Below are positions 57,631-64,000 of a DNA stretch of 64,000 nucleotides, piece after piece (the stretch's first letter is position 1; every line of letters starts with the position of its first letter). The DNA comes from Alphaproteobacteria bacterium (lineage in GTDB: Bacteria; Pseudomonadota; Alphaproteobacteria; UBA828), in the NCBI GenBank assembly GCA_965214705.1, contig OZ243972.1:2944001-3008000 (forward strand), read 5' to 3'. A program made the position numbers and the translations under genes. The notes beneath the pieces are model-generated. The model ran no database searches, had not been told where the DNA came from, and saw only the letters and a list, made by a program, of their open reading frames with translations.

Positions 57631-58177
57631 GCGGTGCTAATGTACTGACATAGCGTTTCTTTTTCCCTCCTGTTGTAGCCGATGGGCGCGAATTCGGTCC
57701 GCGTATTCGCCCCGTCTTGAACTAGGAATGCAGGAGGAATCTCTATGGCAACGCTTCACCTCAGTCGACGCCGCGTCGGTTCGCTCAAGCCCCGCAAGTC
57801 CACCTACGACATTCGCGACCGTGAACTCAAGGGCTTCGGCGTAAGGGTCCTGCCCTCGGGCGCCAAGCGCTACCTCATCCATAGCCAGCACAATGGTTGT
57901 CGCGTCTGGAAGATCGTCGGCCAAGCCGGGTCCATCGGCGTCGACGAGGCCCGCGAGCGGGCGAGAGCCATGCTGGCCTCGATCCGGAATGGAAACGACG
58001 CGGACGTTGTGGCCACGCCTGACACCGTGTTCGAGACAGTCGCCGACGAAGTGTTCCGGCGCTACGCCCGGAACTGGAAGCCGTCGACGCTCAAGGTCAA
58101 TCAAGGATACTACCGCAAGCAAATCCTGCCCTGGTTCCAGGGACGCCCTATCGCCGACATCACCGCCCAAGGTTAAG

Positions 58178-60269
58178 CCGAACTTCCAGTGTGGGATAGT
58201 CAAAGAACCGTTGTGCGGCAGGGGTTTCGGCGAGTTTCGAAGCGACGATTACTGGACAGGTTTGGCGGTGGTCATCCCCTTTTCGGTGAGCGCGGGCGCA
58301 GGATGGGGCCGCAGCCCGAGCAATGCGAACGCCCTTTCCTGCAGTTCGGTCGGCTTGGTCAGGGCGGGCACGGCGAAGTCGGTTCCGGTGGCGATCTCAG
58401 TGGCAGCAAGCGTGCCGAGATGGCCGAGGAGATCGCGGAAGTCGCACACCGCAAGTCCATCATCCGTCTTTCGGCGCTTGTCCTTGCGCCGGGCCTTTTC
58501 CGAGCGTTCCGGCGGCGCCACCGGGTTCGCGGACAGCGGCGCTCCGTCCTCCTCGGCGAACAGCAGCGGCGCCAGCCTGCGGCGCATGTGCCACTCGACA
58601 TACCAAGCCAGCATGCAGATCAGAAGATGCGCCCGTACTCGGTCGTCGCGCCAGTGGAAGATCGGGCGGATCCGCAACGACACCGTCTTGAGCGAGCGGA
58701 AGGCGCGCTCGACGCGTGACAGGCTCTTGTAGACGCGGACCGCCTCGACGTCCTCGATCTCGTCCTCGTCCACGTTGGTGCGTATGACGTAGAGACCGTC
58801 GAGGGCGGCCTCGGCGTCGATCGACGCCCGGTCGCGTTCGCAACTGAAGGTGCCGCTGCCCTCGTCGAATTCGAAGCGGAAGTGCTTGGCCATCTTGCGG
58901 CGGCGCAAGGTTCCCAGCCGACGGTTCAACTCGTCGCGGTCGATGTCGCCGGCGGCGTGGCGCGCGGCGAAATCGCGCGCGTCCGTCTCGGTCGCATTGA
59001 GCAGCCCGTCGCGGTTGCGCTTGCGCTCGGCCGCCAGAACCGGGTTGTAGCAGACGATCAGCCTCTCGCCGGGATAGTCCGGCGTGGTCACCCGCGCGAG
59101 GCCCCAGGTGTCGAACAGGCCGGGCGTGACATGCCCCCGGTCGACGAGCTTGCGGATCGAGGATGCGCGCAGCGCCGTGATCCAGTCGATGCCGTTGGGC
59201 GCGAGGTCGCGGTCGATGCGGGTCTGCGCGATCATGCCGCGGTCCCCCACCAACACCACCCGCCGGATGCCGAAGCTGTCGCGGACCTTGCGCACCTGGC
59301 TGGCCAGAGTCATCGGGTCGCCGGTGTTGCCGGCGAAGGCCTCGATCGAGACCGGACAGCCATCGCGGGTGCAGAGGAGGCCGTAGACGATCTGCGGGCG
59401 GTCGCCCCGGCGATCCCTCGAATAGCCGCGCTTCGCCATGGGGCAGGCGTTGCCCTCCATGTAGCTCGAGGACACGTCGTAGAGGACGAGATCGTCCTCT
59501 CCGAGATGGCGCCGGGCGAGCTTGCGCTCGATCGCGCCCTGTCGCGCGCCCAGCCAGTCCATGGCGGCGTAGAGTTCGTCGACGCTGACGCCTTCGACGC
59601 CGAGCAGGGCGGCGAGGGTGGTTGTGCCGGCCGCTCCCAGTTCGCGCTCGACGCGCAGCTTGGCGCCGGGCCGGATCAGGCGGGCGACGATCATGGCGAT
59701 GACGAGGGCCCTGCGGCGATCGGGCCGGTGGAAGATGACGCGGTCGAGGCCGATGTCGCGAAGGGTGCCGAGAACGGCGCTGACGGCGCCGTGCGCCCGG
59801 CTGGCGCGCAGTTCGACGTCGGCGCTGTCGGGATTGAGGGCGGGTCCGCGCTTGAGGGCGCGTTTGAGGGCTTCGATGGCGTGTTCCGGGAGGGCGGAGA
59901 GGTTGCACAGGGTGCGCTTCTTGGGTTTTCCGTCCTGCCAGTAGGACTGTCTGAGGAGGTGGCAGCGGGAGTTTCCGGACCGGGTGGTTTCGATGTGCAT
60001 ATCGATCTGCCTAGCGAATCGCGGCAATCATATCGGAAAGGCTTGGGAATGCGGAGCAATTATCGTAACGAGAAAACTATCTACTGACTAGTATTCAGGT
60101 TTTGGTGGATGCGCCGGGACGGCGTGATCCAGCGCTGGAGCGCCGAATCGCGGCGGTTTCGGCGATCATTTCGGGAATTTCGCGCCAAACCGGGCGCTAA
60201 ACTGCGCAGAAAGGGCGGAAACAGGCAAAATCCGGCCAGATCGGCAATCAGATGCTAACGGAAGTTCGG
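58178..60269 (-). mobile_element. IS1634-family element B, 2092 bp
   Basis: IR CCGAACTTCC / GGAAGTTCGG; 6-bp TSD GTTAAG (58172-58177 and 60270-60275). Confidence 0.9.
58249..60000 (-). CDS. IS1634-family transposase
   Basis: LYDVSSSYMEG, GYSRD, VGDRGMI, VERAFRSLKT..LRIRPIFH. Confidence 0.93.
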   Translation of the reverse strand: MHIETTRSGNSRCHLLRQSYWQDGKPKKRTLCNLSALPEHAIEALKRALKRGPALNPDSADVELRASRAHGAVSAVLGTLRDIGLDRVIFHRPDRRRALVIAMIVARLIRPGAKLRVERELGAAGTTTLAALLGVEGVSVDELYAAMDWLGARQGAIERKLARRHLGEDDLVLYDVSSSYMEGNACPMAKRGYSRDRRGDRPQIVYGLLCTRDGCPVSIEAFAGNTGDPMTLASQVRKVRDSFGIRRVVLVGDRGMIAQTRIDRDLAPNGIDWITALRASSIRKLVDRGHVTPGLFDTWGLARVTTPDYPGERLIVCYNPVLAAERKRNRDGLLNATETDARDFAARHAAGDIDRDELNRRLGTLRRRKMAKHFRFEFDEGSGTFSCERDRASIDAEAALDGLYVIRTNVDEDEIEDVEAVRVYKSLSRVERAFRSLKTVSLRIRPIFHWRDDRVRAHLLICMLAWYVEWHMRRRLAPLLFAEEDGAPLSANPVAPPERSEKARRKDKRRKTDDGLAVCDFRDLLGHLGTLAATEIATGTDFAVPALTKPTELQERAFALLGLRPHPAPALTEKGMTTAKPVQ

Positions 60270-60576
60270 GTTAAGGGTTGGGCAGGCTCTCTCTCGAGAG
60301 CCTGCCCAACCCTTTTGAACGAAGCCGCGGGCCACGAGAGGCGAAGTTGAGCTATGTGGAAAGTGCGCTGATGTCAGCGTCAGGCGGCATCCACCGGCAG
60401 CAGAGTTGCGCATAAAATCGACGCTCGCGCCGGTCTTTCGGCAGGCATGCGGGCGCACGCTGCGAGGACTGAGCGGGGTGTGAGCCGAGGGCTGTCAGCC
60501 CGGCTCAAGCGGAGACAGGTTCGGTCGTGCGTCGGCGCTTTGGCGCCGTTGCGCGGGGCCGAAGCGAGCGGGCGTC

Positions 60577-61820
60577 TCACGGTTTCCCCCTGTGGGTCGG
60601 CGGCAGCGCCGGCGGGCCGCGCGTCGAGCGGGGCTCATGGCGGCGGCGGATTTCGCGGACGAGGCGCATGACGCCGCCGCAGTGGGGGCAGGCCACGGGC
60701 GCGGTGCCGATCTCGGGCTCTTCGTCGGGCTCGGCCCGAGCGCCGTCCACGCTTCCCTCGGGGGCGGCGCAGCCGAGGGCGCCGAGAGCCTGGCGTGCTC
60801 TCTCCAGCGTGCTGGCGCGGCAGCCGTTGGCGAGGATGCCGAAGTAGCGAATGCGGTGCATGCCGTCCGGCAGGACGTGCCTCAGGAAGCGGCGGATGAA
60901 CTCGTCGGCGCTCACGGTGGCGATGCCGTAGCGCGGCTTTCTCTGCCCCGGCGCCTTGGGCTTTCGGTGGCGGAAGGAGACCGTCTCGCCGTCGAAGGAG
61001 ACGATGCGGCTGTCGGAGATGGCGATCCTGTGCGTGTAGTGCGAGAGGTACCGGAAGACCTGCTCAGGCCCGCGGAAGGGCCGCTTGGCGTAGACCACCC
61101 AGTCCCTGGCCCGGGCGGCGGCAAGCGTGGCGTGGAACTCGCCGGGATTGGCGAGGTGGGCGACGGTGCCGTGGAACTCCAGGTCCCCCCGGCCGTGGGC
61201 GCGGGCGAGCTCCTCGAGGAAGAGGCGGCGGAACAGGCTGCCGAGGACCTTGACGGGGGCGAGGAAGGTGGTGCTCCCCGTCTTCCACTCGCCACTGTCT
61301 ACGTCGAAGCCCGCGTTGGGCACGACCACGTGCAGGTGCGGGTGGAAGCGGAGCTTCTGATCCCAGGTATGGAGGACCGCGGTGCCGCCGATGCGCATGC
61401 CGCCGTGGCGGGGATCGGCGGCGATGGTGCGCAGGGTCTCGGCGACGGCCCGGAAGAGGATGTCGAACACCACCCTGCGGTTGCAGAAGGCAATGGCGGC
61501 AACCTCCTTGGGCAGGGTGAAGACCACATGGAAGTAGGGCACCGGCAGGATGTCCCCGGCGCGCTCCTCGCTCCAGAGGTTGGCGGCGAGACCCTGGCAG
61601 GTGGGGCAGTGGCGGTTGCGGCAGGAGTTCTGAAGAGCGGATGCTCGCGCCCGCAGCCCTCGCAGGCGTACATGTGGCCGCCGAGCACGGCGGTGCGGCA
61701 CGCCTCGATGGCGCCCATGACCTTGAGCCGGGCGGCGTCGATGCGCCCTTTGTGGCGCTCACGGAAAGCGGCGCCGGCGCGGCGGAAGATCTCCGCCACG
61801 CCCGCGCGTTCGGCCTCCAC
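60577..61820 (-). pseudogene. IS91-family (Y2/HUH) transposase, frameshifted near 61631
   Basis: CRTAVLGGH..CEGCG, frameshift (TTC AG AAC), NSCRNRHCPTC, HTW..LRFHPHLH, YLSHYTHR, RIRYFG. Confidence 0.88.
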
Positions 61821-61826
61821 GCGCCG

Positions 61827-62705
61827 TCAGTTGCGCAACGCTGCGAAGCCTGAGATCGGGTGGTCGAGGCCCTCGAACATCTTGCCGGTGACGCGGGCGT
61901 AGTGACGGGTCGTGTTCGCGCTTCGATGGCCGAGCATGTCCCGGATCACCTCGATATCGCCGCCGCGCTCGAGGAGATGGGTCGCCGCCGAATGGCGCAG
62001 GCAATGGAAGGTGTAGCTGCGGTCGAGCTCGGCAATGTCGCGCGCCCTCCTGAAGGCGGCCTGCAAGGTCTCCGTTGCGATGGGCCTGTCGAGCGAGACG
62101 CCGTAGAAGAGCCAGCTCGTCGGACGCGGCCAGATGTTCCTGTAGTAGACGCGCAAGTAGTGGATGACGATGTCCGGCAACGGTGCCATTCTCTCGGTGC
62201 CGCCTTTGCCGGAGGGGATGTGCAGCAGCTTCTTCTCCGACAGGATGTCGCCGACCTTGATGGCCAAGGTCTCGGAGATGCGGAGCCCGCCGCCATAGCC
62301 GGTGACAATGGCAGCACGGTGGCGGAGGTCGGGTGTCGCAAGGATGAGGTGCTCGACCTCCTGCTCCGACATGTAGCGCGGCAGCTTGCCGGGCTTCTTG
62401 CGGGAGCGCAGGCCGGCGACATGGTCAGGCCAGCCGAGTGTGTCGATGTAGAGGAAGTTCAGCGCGGCGAAGGAGACGTTGGTCGTGCCCGGACTGAGCC
62501 CCTTGTCGATCCGCCCCAGGTACCACTGGCGCACCTGCTCGGCGTCGAGCTCGTCCGGCGAGGCGTCGTAGTACCTGGCCAGGTTCTTGATCTCGCAGAT
62601 GTAGGCCTTGGACGTGCTCGCGGCCAGATTGGCGATGCGGAGCTGCTCCTCCATGCGCTGGCGAAGAGGGGTGACGGTGTTCGTGTCGCACGCGGTCCCG
62701 GTCAT
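61827..62705 (-). CDS. Tyrosine recombinase of the IS91-like element
   Basis: LRQRMEEQL, GGLRISE, GKGG, FHCLRHSAATHLLE, LGH, TRHY. Confidence 0.92.
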   Translation of the reverse strand: MTGTACDTNTVTPLRQRMEEQLRIANLAASTSKAYICEIKNLARYYDASPDELDAEQVRQWYLGRIDKGLSPGTTNVSFAALNFLYIDTLGWPDHVAGLRSRKKPGKLPRYMSEQEVEHLILATPDLRHRAAIVTGYGGGLRISETLAIKVGDILSEKKLLHIPSGKGGTERMAPLPDIVIHYLRVYYRNIWPRPTSWLFYGVSLDRPIATETLQAAFRRARDIAELDRSYTFHCLRHSAATHLLERGGDIEVIRDMLGHRSANTTRHYARVTGKMFEGLDHPISGFAALRN

Positions 62706-63695
62706 TATCGATCTCCCTGGATCGCGACGGCGCGCCGCCGGACCGATCCGGCGACGGTCCGTCGCAGGGGTCGATGCTAACCACTGGTGATCGGGAGGCT
62801 GCTGGGGATCCGCCACCCGACGGGCGGAGCGCCACTGACGCAACCGGGAAGCGAACGCACAGAACAAACGGCACCCGCGACGCCTCGGAAATGAATGAAC
62901 TCTACGCCGCTAACTCCGCGTAGCGGCTTCGTTCAAGACGTCAAGCAATGGTTCGCGTCCCCTCACATTACCCCGGTGGCGGCAGACCGCTCGGCCCGCA
63001 TCCTGTCAGTCATCATGCGCCAGGCCGAGGTCTACGGCTACCGGCCGGAGGGGACCAATCCGTGCAAGGGCATCAAACGATACCGGCGACAGGGACGGGA
63101 GCGCTTCCTGTCGGCCGTGGAGATACGCCGGCTTGGCGAGGTGCTGGCACACTTCGAGGCCGACCACCGGCAGGCTGTGGCGATCATACGGCTGCTGTTG
63201 CTCACCGGATGCCGGAAAGGCGAAATCGTCGCCCTGAAATGGAGCTACTACCGCGAGGGCAAGCTGTTCCTTGCGACAGCAAGTCCGGGCCGCGAACGAT
63301 CTGGCTCTCGTCCGCCGCGCGCGCGATCCTCGACAGCCTGCCTCGCACGACGGCCTGGGTCTTTCCGTCGCCGCGGTCGAACAGCTTCTTGAGCGCGGAG
63401 GCGGTGGACTTGGTCTGGCATCGCGTGAGGGCGGAAGCGGACCTGTGCGATGTCCGCCTTCACGACCAGAGACACACGTACGCGAGCATGGCCTTGGCGC
63501 AAGGCGAGACAGTGCTGACCATCGGCCGGCTGCTTGGACACCGCAACCCGGCAACGGCTCTGAATTACACCCACCTACGCACCTTCGGTTCTAATTGTTT
63601 GAAATAGAGTCGTTTTTTCTCCTCCACCTTGTTGCATCCGGGCGAATTGGGCAACCGTCTGTTCCCCGGCTGCAACCGCAACCGGGAGAACGGAG

Positions 63696-64000
63696 ATGGC
63701 CAGGATTACCCTCACCGAGGCCCGAGTCACGGCGCTCAAGGCGCGAAAGACCGCCTACGATACTCGCGACGGCAAGCTCAAGGGCTTCGGAGTCCGCGTG
63801 CTGCCTTCGGGAGGAAAGCGCTTATTCATCCATTGCCAGCACCGGGGAGAGCGCATCTGGAGAATCGTCGGCGCCACCGACGCGATGGGCCTGGCCGAAG
63901 CGAGAACACGGGCTGTCGCCATGCTGACCGCGATCCGGCGCGGCGAAGAGCCCCTCCCATCGGAGGAGAACGCCATCTTCGAGAATGTCGCCGACGAGGT
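63696..64000 (+). CDS. Third arm-domain tyrosine integrase (3' end outside window)
   Basis: Manual translation MARITLTEARVTALKARKTAYDTRDGKLKGFGVRVLPSGGKR...FENVADE; paralogous to the 57745 gene. Confidence 0.85.
   Translation, partial: MARITLTEARVTALKARKTAYDTRDGKLKGFGVRVLPSGGKRLFIHCQHRGERIWRIVGATDAMGLAEARTRAVAMLTAIRRGEEPLPSEENAIFENVADE

Larger units (their letters stand above)
58172..62937 (-). mobile_element. IS91-like element (tyrosine recombinase + Y2 transposase), carrying IS1634 B at its tip
   Basis: CAAG at both junctions (58168-58171 and 62934-62937); IR TTGAACGAAGCCGC (60315-60328 and 62923-62936); 19-bp perfect hairpin at 60273-60314. Confidence 0.82.
57745..63607 (+). pseudogene. 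Arm-domain tyrosine integrase split by nested ISs (57745-58171 + 62938-63607), with a further frameshift near 63272
   Basis: RDRELKGFGVRVLPSG; rejoins in frame as ITAQ|DVKQWF; LLTGCRKGE, DSKSG, HDQRHTYAS, LLGH, NYTH. Confidence 0.85.

Overview
GC-rich bacterial DNA, probably alphaproteobacterial (Irr-type Fur regulator, alpha-type ParE, REP-like GTCATGCC/CCGGATCAAGTCCGG element). The window has two parts. (1) 1-23.3 kb is chromosomal and metabolic: aldehyde dehydrogenase, a Liv-type ABC transporter + hydantoinase/oxoprolinase A/B + fold-IV aminotransferase operon, a molybdopterin oxidoreductase, a lipoprotein, irr-rubrerythrin, a serine hydrolase/2OG-oxygenase pair, an orphan Mo-hydroxylase large subunit, ilvA and a Mu gp27-like gene. 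(2) ~23.4 kb to the end looks like a decaying integrative element. It has three arm-domain tyrosine integrases, ssb, a toprim primase, DUF2493, an RHH protein, a relaxase relic, HU, IHF and a triple cold-shock protein. It is hit by six IS elements whose ends and flanking repeats can be read directly (a passenger-carrying IS1-family element, an ISAs1 with a DruA/DUF4338 domain, IS66, two IS1634, and an IS91-like element with a tyrosine recombinase) and by a group II intron. The best candidate for an undescribed system is a tightly packed operon: large TPR-like protein - J-like protein (HPP instead of HPD) - GrpE-like - atypical Hsp70 - zinc-ribbon/helical protein. After removing the ISs by hand it lies directly downstream of parE, ihf and a small ORF. 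No tRNA, rRNA or CRISPR array was seen. All family assignments come from motif recognition, not database searches.
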